A DNA stretch of 57,938 nucleotides from Phoronis australis (Eukaryota > Animalia > Phoronida), in contig NMRA01000669.1 in NCBI GenBank assembly GCA_002633005.1, forward strand, positions 158,512-216,449. Direction: 5' to 3'. This document shows, in pieces, positions 25,520-37,987 of this stretch (positions are counted from its first letter, which is position 1; each line of letters begins with the position of its first letter). The position numbers were made by a program, and so were the translations under genes. The notes under the pieces are model-generated. The model saw only the letters and a program-made list of their open reading frames with translations. It was not told the origin of the DNA and searched no databases.

Positions 25520-26793
25520 CTGAAAGAGAAATTCCTACCGGGACTATTCATTTTGTGGAGATGTGCAAGCACAGAAGAATGGTATTACCAGCAAAAAGTC
25601 TATAAATATTATTTTTTTGTAAAAAAAAACAATATTTGGTTTAGGTCACCTACAATTAAAGATTAATAGTTTCATTTTATTCCTTATCTAGAATAGAAAT
25701 AATTTCAAAGCTTCAGAAGACCAATGACCAATGACAAAAAAGAGGAAATTTTCCAGGTGATGTATGTGTGACAGAATTTCTTTGTGTTGTAAAATTTAAC
25801 TGAAATAAAACGTTTTTGCACGAATAAAGTCAAAATAATTATAAAAAAGCAATAATTTCAAGGCTTGAGAAGAACTGATCTGTCATTAATGGTTAAGTTG
25901 GCCTTGCATGTCAGATTAGTATCAGTGGTCAGGTAACACGGTTGTCGAGGGACACATGAACCTGGTGACATACTGTTAACTAATTTCAAACCAAACATAC
26001 TGTAGGATGATGTTGGTTTGGATGATTAACTTTGTGCATAAAGTTGACTTTTTAACACAGGAATGTAGTCTAAAAGTTGTTTGAAGAGGTATTATTCGGT
26101 CATTACCAGTGAAGTTAAAAAAATGTGTAAACAAACGGTACATTTACAATATGCAAAAAGTCATGGTTAATTCTCCCAGTTCAACTTGAGATTTGTTCAT
26201 AACACAGCCTCCAATGATATTTTGCAGATTAGTTTAAACTACTGCACCGAAAGACAACATCAGGCTAAAAATGAGTTAGCATTTGGAAACACTTCATCCG
26301 AAAAGATATCAGTCATCATTTTTCATGGGACAGACAATACTTAGTTACAGCTGCAGTTTTTATTGCTTAGTATTACAATTTTTACACACATAGAACTGGC
26401 TGCATAATTTTCCTTAAAATGATGGGATTCTATTTCTGTTACTTATTAAAGTCACATGTACCTAGTACATGCGCCAAATTCAAATTCAAAACTTTTGGGT
26501 TGGCCAACCTCAATGAAGTTTGAAGTGTTTTCTTGAGTGGCTGGTGGTTTTGATGTGCTTAGTGATGACGGAAAGAAAACCCATCACGGCAAGGCATATT
26601 ACAAGACAGATTTTAAAATCTTAGGGCTAATTTGATTTTTAGCTAGCTAAACACGGTTAAGTGCAGCTTTAAGACCATGGCCAGAGATATAACAACTAAT
26701 TTTAGATGAGTTAGCATTGGGAACAACACGTACACTCGAGACATCCTAACTGAGAACACGAAATTGCAGTAGTTGATATTCGGCTATTCAAAC

Positions 26794-28362
26794 CTGGAAT
26801 TTTCTTGTAAAATGGACAGCTTCTGTTCTTTTTGTAGCCAGCAATGTTATTACTCGATTTAGACTGCGCAGAGGAAAGCCTCTTTTTCCCGTAAGCGTTC
26901 AAGCCCTTCGTCTGATTTGTTGAAGATGTAGAAGCTGGTCGTGAAAAAATCTTTGCCCAAGCTTTTGCCGCATCACCTAGTCCAGACAAAACACCAGAAA
27001 TAGATAATGATGACGTCTCCTGCTTAGAGGTACTGGCTGCAGAATTGACTGTGGTTTTCTTTTTGGGAGAAGCAGAAAAGAAAGACATCAACGTTGTCTG
27101 CTTCATACTGGAAGACGTTTTACTATAAGCACACTTTGTCTTCCAAACCTGAGAATGTGACCTTGGTGATGGTTCATCTCTTAGTGTCACTGCTGTTACA
27201 GTGTCAGAGCCATCTCCAGTCAAGCAGGTTGGAGGAGTATGAAAACTATCAGCGCCCTCTTCTGTTTTCTCCTCATCCCACGGAAGGCATATTTCATCGT
27301 AAGCATCCTCAAAAAGATCAGTTTCCGAAACAGTACTGAAGTTGGTACTTACACTTGGCCCTCCGAGAATAGCTTTTGGTGAAGAACACTTTTCATCGCT
27401 AAACAAGTCAGAAAAACTGCCATCGTAATGCTGAGTTTGAACAGTAGTTTGCAGGTCAGAGTCACTTTCAAACACACTACCCGTGCCACCTTGGGACAGA
27501 CGAACCTGGTCATCTGCACTCTCAGAGCAAGCCACGTCAAACGTTTTGCTTTTACCTGCAACAACTTCAAGAGAATCTCTATCAGAACGCGCAGGCTTAT
27601 TAACGTCAAAGCCTTCACCAGACATGACATTTACAGCATCATCACTAGATCCATCACAGTTATTTTCACATAGACCTTGTCTTTCATTAATATTGCCTCC
27701 ATTTACGATGCGTAAATTACCAGCACTTGTCCCACAGCCACTGCTGGACACACCTCTTACCAGAGCATCACTGCCATGTGAACAAGAATTGTTTGACCTT
27801 GGTTTTCTCAACTCATTAGTGTGATCATTTACTAAAGGAACTGAAAATATATCATCATCACTCAAACTGTCCTCTGCACACAGACCATCCTCCATAGCCA
27901 CATCCTCTTCAGTAGTGTTCAAAGGACTGTCAGGTATGTTTACAACAGATTCTCCTCGCTCGGACCTTGTTCCCTTCATTCGTATTTTTGGAAATTTTAC
28001 AGGCACACGTTTATGGTTACTTTCAGAGGATTTCCCGTCATTGTGGGACCTTATTATGACCTCAATTAAAGGTTCAGTCACAGTTTTACCAATCTGTGGC
28101 GCATTGCAATTCTTTTTGGGCAACTGGGTCACATTTCTGAGACGTGGTTGCATGACAGTTTCGTGGCTGATGTTTTGAAAGCTGTCTTCACTTTCACAAA
28201 CCTCCAAGTCAACTACACTGGAACAGGATCCTGCGACACTGTAACCCCGCAGTTTGAGCTTCGGACGCCATTTCAATCCGTGTTTGCTATCTTCGCCTTT
28301 TGTTTCAAAATGAACATCAGCACTTGATGATTTGTTATGTTCCGCTTTCTGGCTAGTTCGAG
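26794..28362 (-). CDS. DCLRE1A: DCLRE1A coding exon 2 (long low-complexity region with PIP box)
   Basis: Core of the 573-aa ORF; PIP-box-like QTTLMSFF; ends with conserved CPFYKKIPG; 1569 nt, phase 1-1. Confidence 0.9.
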
Positions 28363-29466
28363 CTGAAAATAGAATAACTCTGTCAAATTCATAAAATTGA
28401 GAACAACACCATCTAATGATGCCTAGCCACAAAGTGCTTATCAGTTATCAACAACAAAATAATACTTACATGTAAGACAAACGGTGCATGTCAAAAGTAA
28501 AATTTACAGCATCAGTGAAATGATAAAAAATCTGGTTCAGTCTCAACCATTAGGGGTTTCCCAACATACGGTTGTCATTCTCGTACAAAATACATGGTTG
28601 GGTTAACTCGTTTGGGTTTTCTCCACATACAATTGCCATTGCTATGTAAAATCACCATATTTCACATCAAAAACACCAAGAAAACAACACCAGTCTATCA
28701 GTTGTCAAATTAGAATTCCTGCAACACTATCCGATGATATGTTAGTTAGCTGATCTCCAGTTACGAGCATATATTGGTCGATACGTATTACATAGAATAG
28801 AGGCAACAAAGCACACCATCAGTCAACCTCCATTGTGCTTAGTGTGAAAAGTCGTGATATTGCTGCTCATTTTCCCCTAGTTTATGGTATAATGGGTGAC
28901 AGTCAGAAAATCAAGTCGCCAAGTCCAAAGTTGAGTTGCACAGTTGCTTAAATAGTATTTTCAAACAAAGTAAAATTCTAAAATTTACAATTTGAAGTCA
29001 TGGTTTCTGAGTTATTGAGCTATAGCATTGTCAGCGAATCATAATGTTGGTATGGCGCTCTTACTGAGCCATCCGATCTGGTATGCCATGGAAAAATTGG
29101 TCATTTGAGAGACCTAACCCTACCCATGGGTTCTCAAAACCCTGGAAAACAACGGACTCTATTGATATATCAACTTGGTGCAGAAATGCCACGACAGTCT
29201 GTGGCTGAAAGTATGGTCTTGGTGAACTTGCAGCAATTGGGCACCACAATTTCAAGAGAAGTCCATCAAACCAGAATCCCTGGATTTCTGGCATGTCATT
29301 TTTACGAGCTTACGTCAGAACCTGTCACCTGAAGAGCAGTGCCTTCTGGTGGCGCACTTCAGAAAGAAATTCTGCATTCAGACAACAGGACACGAGTACA
29401 ACCGTAGTGTTGGCACTCTTCACAACACCCCCAGCAGTTTCCATTAACCAGTTAACTCTTGGGACT

Positions 29467-29698
29467 CAGTGGCGGATCTAGGATACCATAAGGGGGGTGA
29501 CATGTTACCTCGAGGAATTGGGCGAAGCGCGACTGTACGTGCACAGGCGGCCCGAAGGTTGCGGGAACGGGAATGAGAAACTTTTGTTCCGGAAAATCCA
29601 TCAGTGGACTAAAAAAAAAGAAAAAAAAACAGGAACGCGATTCCCCCCCCCTCTCCGGTTACTGGTCNCCCTGCCCCCCCCCCCCAAATCCGCCTATG
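29467..29698. mobile_element. Non-autonomous hAT-like MITE with 5-bp TSD in DCLRE1A intron 1
   Basis: Imperfect TIRs CAGTGGCGGATCT and AAATCCGCCTATG; GGACT on both flanks (29462-29466, 29699-29703). Confidence 0.75.
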
Positions 29699-30105
29699 GG
29701 ACTTAATTTGGTTAATTTCATGACAATGGTCAGATACAGTGGTCCCTGATACAGAAAATCACGCAATTACTTACTATAATTCAGAAGATAGAATCGGTGC
29801 TTTAAATCAGGGACTGCTATAGTGGCAGTGACTCATACTTTCAGGGACTACTGTAGGCAGTTTAATCGCCTGTGGTCGCTGCAGGTGTCCACAGCACCAA
29901 CAGACAGCATGCCCAGGGTCTGCGACAACGTGTTGTCTAAGACCACACTCCAGGTCACAGCACAGGCAAAGCACCACACTGCACATCTGACCAGTGATGG
30001 TGCCTATTTCAGATTATAAACAACTAAGTGAATGTGTTCTAACAAGTTAAATCAATGCATAATTTACGTCTCAACTACTGATCAAGACCTAAGAAACATT
30101 TTTAC

Positions 30106-30307
30106 CACCGATGTAAGCCTTAGGCTTAGATTTTGAGTTTGGATTGGCTTTGCAGTTGGTTTTGGAAGACTTGGCGGGAATTTCGATCGCTTCGTCACAT
30201 GGCCTTGGCTTTATTTTATCACTTCTTCGAGATCGTTTCAGAGGGCGGTAGTTCCAAACGTTGTCTTCGTCATTTTCCGTACAAAGATGTGGTTGTTTAG
30301 CGGACAT
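30106..30307 (-). CDS. DCLRE1A: DCLRE1A coding exon 1
   Basis: MSAKQPHLCTENDEDNVWNYRPLKRS resembles the SNM1A N-terminal EDIWEY motif; G|gtaaaa donor in phase 1 matches exon 2. Confidence 0.8.
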
Positions 30308-30852
30308 ATCAACACTGATCACCGTCTCTTTTTACACTGGGCTGATTGAAAAACAAACCCTTGTCCAACTTCCCCGGAAAATCAACGTTCATAAGCTTCC
30401 TCTGATACTAAAGAGTTACTTCCTGTATCGACGAATGTAGGCCTCAATCAAGACGCTGAAGCTGTGAAGGCTCAATTAATTTCTCAGTGTAAGTTTTCCA
30501 AGAATCACTGGATCGCTTTGCTTGACAGTAGTCCAAACGTGAATTGGCATTAGCTTATTTATAATATTTCGGACTGTATTTTAGTATTTTTTTCTGCATG
30601 CACGTTAGTCACAGCAAAGGCACCGTCCGGGCCACAGCCTCAGTCACAACGCCCTGGATGCCGCATGCATACGGGGCCACCGAGGGGCTACGTGTTGCTG
30701 CCTACCTCACGCAGGCAGACGAATTCCATTAGTAGTAAGGGACGTCAGTGGTGATCGAGTAACAGATACACATAGTGTACCTATAATTGTTGGATGTACC
30801 CTAGATATCGGACATTACACAAAATCTTACTTGAAACATAACCAGAGAAATA

Positions 30853-31150
30853 AGGCAATGACCATCGCCTCTGTTGGCCCGACTACATTCGCACTCTACA
30901 CAATACGCCAACTCTTCCCATCTATTATTTTATTATGGAATAGACTCCCACAACATGCCATCTCATCAGAAACAATAGATGTTTACGAGTCACATCTCGA
31001 ACATCAACCTTACTCAGTAAAATACTTGTTTTATCCTGGCGCTAACCCGCAATTTGTTTTGTTGTTATTTTTACAGTATGCACAGTTCAACTAATCACTA
31101 ACATGTGTCAACATATAACGATCAGTATTTTGAAACCAGAATAGGAAGAA
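30853..31150 (+). mobile_element. Single arm of the Mutator-like MITE (30853-30881) abutting a 3' fragment of a CR1/L2-group LINE
   Basis: AGGCAATGACCATCGCCTCTGTTGGCCCG matches the 11712 element. It is followed by LFPSIILLWNRLP (a FFP.TI..WN.LP-type ORF2 C-terminus) and a 3' UTR shared with 44880-45120, ending in GAAGAAG. Confidence 0.65.
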
Positions 31151-31902
31151 GGGTCTCGTTTTTCATAGCGTTGCCTCGTTCCAATTTCATCGACAGATGG
31201 TGCAATTCAGACCCCCAATCCCAAAACAGTCTTCAATTAACGATCGCATAAATCGGTTTTAAATTTGAAAACAAAATCCTTTCCCACAATGAAATCATTT
31301 CAATAAACTGACAATACGCCACTGTTTCATTTCTTCTTTTGTTTTTAAACTCGTGTTAAATCCCGACCATGCACATGCGTGTGTCTTATCAAGAAGACAA
31401 AGAGAATGCACAATGCTTTACTTGTGCACGCTGATTCATCGAAACAACCCGGTGCTGTCATCACATTACATTTTATGGATTATTTTGTAGCAAACTGAGC
31501 TATGTTCCAGCAGCAAATGTACCAAAACTCACGAGCTGCAATTTGGCGATAAGGTAGCCGCGGTCATCACTTGGTTAGTCAGTTTTGCACAAGTGTGGCA
31601 TATGCAGAAACATGGTGTCCGATATTTAGGTTCTCCGAGGGTTTGTTTGTTCTGCCACCATCTAGACAGGCCCCAGTAGAGATGTGATGCTCCTACAGGC
31701 ACTTTCATCAGGTTTTTGGTGAATTATGCCTCACACTGATTAAAACATCAAAACCATATTGCTAAAGTACCTTGTGTGCCTAGAGGGTCACCTTAGGAGG
31801 CCAGCGATGTCTTTAATTCCTACTCAAACAAATTCTCCCATAAATCAAACTTTTTTCAAGCTGTCCTTCATTCAGTTGTCCATGTGAATCTTCAACTGGC
31901 CA

Positions 31903-33856
31903 TTTTTATGTACCCACATATATATATGTGGACGCATTATGCCGTCATCCTCGTCCGTCCGTCCGTCCTGGCGGCGTCCGTCCGGCGTCCGCTGCTTTAT
32001 CTCCAAAATCCTTTGACATACATGTAGGTTCATGAAATTTGGTACATATGTTCCATTCATGAATGGGACGGTATGTGCGAATTTTCGTACGGATCCGACT
32101 ACCGGTGTGCCCCCTAGTGGCAATTTTAGTTTTTTACGCTTACCTTTGTATCTTCAAAAGTCCTGAACGGATTTTTATGAAATTTGGTATGTAGTGAGAT
32201 GACGCTATCCTCCCGTTTTCAGATGGATTCGACATAGTTTGCGCCACCTAGTTGCCATTTTTATTGTTTTCGAGTCTGTTTTTGTGCGTCCACCCCTCTA
32301 TCAACCAAACTGCTCAAAGGATGATTGTGAAAATTGGCATGTATATGCTTACTATGTAGAGGACGGTTGACGATGATTTTCCGACGATTTCGACTACTGT
32401 GGAGCCTCCTAGTGGCAGTTTTGTTTTTTTGCACCTATGGCTGTATCTCCTAAACCGTTCGCAGGATCTTTACGAAATTGTGTAAGTATATTTATATGAT
32501 GTTAACAACGGAACATGACGACTTTTGGACTGATCTGACTACCAGTGTGCCCCCTAGTGGCAATTTTAGTTTTTTACGCTTACCTTTGTATCTTCAACAG
32601 TCCTGAACGGATTTTCATGAAATTTCGTATGTAGGCACCTATTAGTGAGATGACACTATGCTCCCGTTTTCAGATGGATTCGACATAGTTTGTGCCACCT
32701 AGTGGCCATTTTTACTGTTTTTGAATCTGTATTTTTGCGTCCACCCCTCTATCAACCAAACCGCTCAAAAGATGATTGTGAAAATTGGCGTGTATGTGCT
32801 TACTATAAAGAGGACAGCTGACAATGATTTTCAGACGATTTGGACTGCTGTGGCGCCTCCTAGTGGCAGCTTTGTTTTTTTGCGCCTATGGCTGTATCTC
32901 CTAAACCGTTCGCAGGATCTTTACGAAATTTAATAAGTGTATTTATATGATGTTAACAACAGACGATGACGACTTTTGGACGGATCCGCGTACCAGTATG
33001 CCCCCTAGTGGCAATTTTAGTTTACGTTTACCTCTGTATCTTCACAAGTCCTTAACGGATTTTCATGAAATTTGGTATGTAGGCACCTATTAATGCGATG
33101 ACGCTATCCTCCCGTTTTCGGATGGATTCGACCTAGTTTGCGACACCCAGTGGCCATTTTTACTGTTTTTGAGTCTGTTTTTTGGTGTCCACCCCTCTAT
33201 CAACCAAACCGCTCAAAGTATGATTGTGAAAATTGGCATGTATGCTCTTACTATGAAGAGGACGGTTGACGCTAAATTTCCCATGACTTTGATTACTGTG
33301 GCGCCTCCTAGTGGCAGTTTGTTTTTGCGTCCATGGCTGTATCTCCCAAACCGTTTGCAGGATCTTTACTAAATTTAGCAAGTGTATTTATGTGATGTTC
33401 ACAACGGACGATGAGGACTTTAGGATGATTCTGACTACCGGTATGCCTCTAGTGGCAATTTTAGTATTTTACATTGATCTCTGTATTTTCATAGGTCTTC
33501 AGGTATATACTTTGTGTTAGTTCGTGACTATGAAGGAAAAGTTCCAAGTAGAAATTTGTTTCTGGCATTCTAATGCTGTGCTAATCTCGAAAATGTTGGT
33601 AAATTTGTTTTTAATTCTATGTTTCTGTGGTGCTTTAAGCAACTGATGTATAGGATGTGCTTGTATTATGCAGATCACTCACATTTTGCCCTTGCCTATT
33701 GAGGAGACAATGACCATGCCTTTCCATTTTGCAAAGTACAACATACTACATATATGCCCTCTACTGGCCACTTTATGGTACCAATAAACAACCCTAGAAG
33801 GATACCGTATATGGTGCAATTGTGGGCGCATTTCAACGCTCTGCGTTGCTCTTGTT
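31903..33856 (+). mobile_element. HINE / DINE-1-like non-autonomous Helentron (Helitron2) element with internal tandem array
   Basis: T-run start; subTIR ATGTACCCACA at 31908-31918 with nearby inverted copy at 31927-31937; (GTCC)n microsatellite; about three ~445-bp units; 3' subTIR TGTGGGCGCAT at 33821-33831; CAACGC-TCT-GCGTTG hairpin; CTTGTT end. Confidence 0.82.
32090..33490. repeat. ~445-bp tandem repeat, about 3 copies, each made of three ~150-bp subunits
   Basis: GAT.CGACTACC.GT.TGCCCCCTAGTGGCAATTTTAG recurs at about 32092, 32532, 32983 and 33427. Confidence 0.9.
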
Positions 33857-34002
33857 ACGCTGTGCAGGCGTGCAGGTGATTGCGTACCCCATAAATGAAG
33901 CATTTATGTGTATTGCGTGAGTAAACCATCATGAATCTGGAGACTAAACTTGCCATTCCACAAGAGCATGAAAAGGTCAACTCTGGGGTTAGTGACGCAG
34001 AT

Positions 34003-34075
34003 CAAGAGATGTTTCTACACCCTGGTGTGATGTGTTCCAAGAGATGTTTCTACACCCTGGTGTGATGTGTTCCAA
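34003..34075. repeat. Perfect 35-bp tandem duplication
   Basis: CAAGAGATGTTTCTACACCCTGGTGTGATGTGTTC occurs twice. Confidence 0.92.
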
Positions 34076-36271
34076 ATGTTTATTTCAAATTTTATTGGCC
34101 ATTATTTTTAAGTTAGAGCATCATGAATATTTTTGCCCTCAATAGCCCAATTTGGGTTCAGAAAGGGTCAGTTACATGTAATAAGTGAATGTAGTTTTAA
34201 AGCAGCTTACAGGAACGGGAAAGAAAAAATCTTTAATATGATGTTTGTATTTTCAAAGGGGTTTCAGTTAACCTTCATTGGAGTACCAAAATTCAGTAAA
34301 TTTTTCTCGATTTTATGTGTTTGGCTTTTAGCCATTTTTTGTGGTGCTCTGGGGGCCAGTTTGTGGGCTGTTGGTGATTTCGAATAATATTTTCATTAAA
34401 TTCTCTGCGTACGTCCATCACACCCTTTTCAAGGCAATTTTCTTAGTCAGATGAAAAGATAGGAGAAAAGTTGATACATGCTTTGAAAGCTATCAATTAT
34501 CCCTATCAATCGATGCATTAATTATTTTGAACATTCTCCTCAAACTCTATCAAAATGTTCTGTGATTGTATGTCTGTCACATATCGAATTGTCCTGTTAC
34601 AAAAACATTCATTTAAAAGTGACAGTGTGGAATATTCAATTTGGGGACATTTTTAGAACAAAGAAATAACAAATGCCCATTTGAGAGATTTCTTAAGTTT
34701 GTTCACACATACAAGATGTATCCGTAAAAGTACTAGTAAGTAAATCTTTCAATGTCCACAGTCCTGAAAAATGGCTTGTGGAAGCACTTGAGTGACACAC
34801 ACTTTCAACCCCAAAAATTGTGTCTTCTGATTCCTCTCTCATGTCACATGATGGATGTCGCAAAGTTGTTTGTGTCAATTTTATTTGGTAGCCCTGATGT
34901 ATCACTTTCTATGCAATCCCGTTATGAATTTTCTCTCATTGCATGTTTTTGATTGTGGAAAATTGCTATTTTTGGTACGTAAAAACGTGCCATATATTAA
35001 TTTATGAACATTTCAATGCCTTTTAGGTAAGAACTTACTAAAGAGGTCAGTAATTGTAAAATTATTGATTTTTTGTATCGGAACCACACCAAGATTATAT
35101 ACGCAGTTTATGGGCACTTCCATTTGTGATCAATCAGAGAATATTTTGACCAATTGTGAAAACATGTTCATCCTTGGAAAAATACAACAACTGTTAGGTC
35201 TCGTCAATAGCTTTGAAAGCATGAATCAATTTTTCTTCCATCTGTATACCTTCCATCTGTTTACCTGACTGAACAAATTGCCTCTAAAGGGGTGTGACAT
35301 ACATATTCAGAGCATTTGAATTTTTGGAAAAAAATAACATTAATTCCCTGCGAGTTGCATTTACATGTAGTTATAATTTTTTGTTTTATATTATGCTTTA
35401 GTGGAATGTTTGCAAAGTACCAACATGGGAGGGATGAAATTAATGCATTGACAGACCTTTTTAGCCTCTGGCCAACTAGTCAAAGGCAGGCTACGTTTTG
35501 AAGCCAAGTTGAAGCCAAGGTTGGAAAAAAGCAGACTTGTGTATGTTGTGAATGAAGGACGTACATGCATCAATCTTGATTAGAGACTGTAACTGCCAAC
35601 ATTTCAAATTATCAAACTCAGTTTAATTCCATAGTGTCGACATGAAACCATGGATAGCCTATGGTGTCATTTCAGTGCGGACTAAATCTCAACGAAATAT
35701 GGACAAGTCATGCACTTTGTTGAAATCCTGATAACTTACTGCACGCATTCATGAATAAAATATGATTTAGAGGCTAACCATAATAACTTGCTATTAAACT
35801 TTGAGTCAAACATTTCAATCTAAAGGCTGTTTTGTGGCAACAAAAATTCCACATAACTGCTAAGTAATTCTGTCTAGAAGTTTGTTTAAGTCTAATGGAG
35901 TCTGTCTAGTTTATTTTGGAAACTACAGTGCTGTTGTGCATCTACTTTGAGCTCAATAGCTATTTATAAAGAAGACCACCTATTTATACATTTATACATT
36001 TAGCTTTAACAGATTACTCCAGACAAAGTGTATTGAGATTTTAATGATAGAGAAAATTTAGTGTCTTGAAAAGTAGATGACTAAATTTGTTTGTATTATG
36101 ATATGCTATCCTTGCCAGATATTTCCTTGCAATGTAGGTCATTCACCTCCATCAGTGATGGATGTATATAATCAGGTCAAACAAAACATTCTGATAAGAC
36201 GATAAACCATCTTACAAGTTGTGCCACCTTGAGACTTGGGGTGTGGGCAAACAGTGGTATCATTTTGATAG

Positions 36272-36328
36272 TGAAACTGTCATTTGACAATGAAATTAGC
36301 ATTTGACAATGAAACTGTCATTTGACAA
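36272..36328. repeat. 19-bp tandem repeat, 3 copies
   Basis: TGAAACTGTCATTTGACAA units. Confidence 0.85.
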
Positions 36329-37368
36329 GTTGTCACTGTTCTTTGGTGTTGCCTGCCTACCATATTGGTTGAACAGCAGCCTTGTTGAAACTTATTATTT
36401 GACTGCATTTGCAGTGGTTGAATATGGGAGAACAGCAGAAAAGGAACAAGGGACAGTGCTTGATTTGTGACTGCTTTGGGAAATGAAATTATTGTCACTT
36501 TTAGAGGACAAAACACCCATCTTTTTAGTTTTCTGCGTCAACATATCATCAAACAAATGTACGTGAACATTATCTAGAAATTTTTATAGCAATCCTACAA
36601 ATAATGATTTTACAGAGTTGTCATTGATTGCACCTTAGGCATCCATTACTATGTGGTATGCGCAGAAATATTTGCACTGTATGATTATTTTTTAACTATC
36701 ATTCAGTTAACCCATAAAACTTAATAGTTTTAAAAGCCAAGGTGATCACCCTATTATGCATGTGCCAAAGCGATGCCCAGATTATTGTGATGAGATGTTT
36801 GCCTTCTCAGGAATCCATTAGTATCAGATGCTAATATTGCTTCATGTGCATTGTGACAACTAGCTGAGCTTGGTCTCCAACAGTAACCAACTGTCCATTC
36901 TCTCTAGGCCCAGAAAAAAAGTTTGAATCTTCATGAGAAAGAGGCAAGTTTTATAATTTGTTAAAATGGTCTAAATTAAACATTATTTTTTGACAGAAGC
37001 CATGTTAATATCAGCTTTCAGGCACTAGTTCATTGTATATGTATTGTAATTTACTGTGAAATAATGTCTTTTTGAACGGCATGCCATTTAAACTATTTTT
37101 CGTGGTCCACAAAATGCGTACAAGGTCCAAGAACCTTCTGAATATTAAGTTTTTGGATTTCAGACAATTTCATAAATAAGGCAAATTTCTATTCTACAAT
37201 TTCTGGGAATTGAAATGAAAGTGTAACAAACAATATGCTCAATTATGCAAATCTCCATTATTCCCGCCAGATTGTTCTAATGACGTCTGCAACTCATTAG
37301 GCTTGAACTTAAAGAGATTAATAGTAACCTGTATTTTACCTTCTTTCAGGTTTGAGTATCCTAATTAA

Positions 37369-37987
37369 ATGATGACGATTCACCGTTCTTCAGTCCGGGG
37401 CCCGATGAAATTTGTTGTCGTTGCACTACTATTGGTCATTGCATTTGTGACCTATAGGTATATCTCATCATGGCGATTGCCGGAGCCTCTTCAAATGTAT
37501 GAGAAATCGGGGAACAAACAAGATTCCATAGCCATCAGTAGGAGTAGAGATGCTGGTTTCAAGTCGAGACGTAAAGAATTTTCCTTTGACGTTCATTCTG
37601 TTCCTCATTTTTCTAAAAAACAATCGGTTATCATCAATAATATTCGAGGCACCATTGCTAGTACACTGATCACCCAACCAGTGACAAATAACGTTGAGGT
37701 GGTAAGTGCGAAAAAAAAATGCGTTCTTGATGAAGACAAGATGTATAAAGATCCAAATATACCTGCTCTGTATAGTGTGTGTGAGATGACTGTAGACAAT
37801 ACACAGTTTAAGCAATGGTTGGGTAAAACACAGAGGCTGGTCCATCTTGATTTGAAAGGCGCTGCCCCTAAACCTGCATATCTTGTGAAGTTGTTTCCTC
37901 TGATGAAGGAGGCAGGGGCCACGGGTCTGTTGATTGAATATGAAGATATGTTCCCCTACAGTGGAGAATTGGCACCTCTTGCATCAG
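37369..37987 (+). CDS. HEXD: Hexosaminidase D-like (GH20), first coding exon with N-terminal membrane anchor; partial
   Basis: [44 protein letters not shown] is the HEXD/HEXDC N-terminal signature. Acceptor ttctttcag ends at 37349; in-frame TAA directly before the ATG; donor G|gtatgt. Downstream exons were not found in the window. Confidence 0.88.

Noticed and set aside
29065-29328. Second candidate exon in DCLRE1A intron 1 with plausible splice sites
   Set aside because: Stop codon in the required phase and no UBZ-like sequence in any frame; at most a poison exon.
31872-33520. Several 67-83 aa ORFs
   Set aside because: They lie within the non-coding HINE repeat and are not conserved in frame between units.
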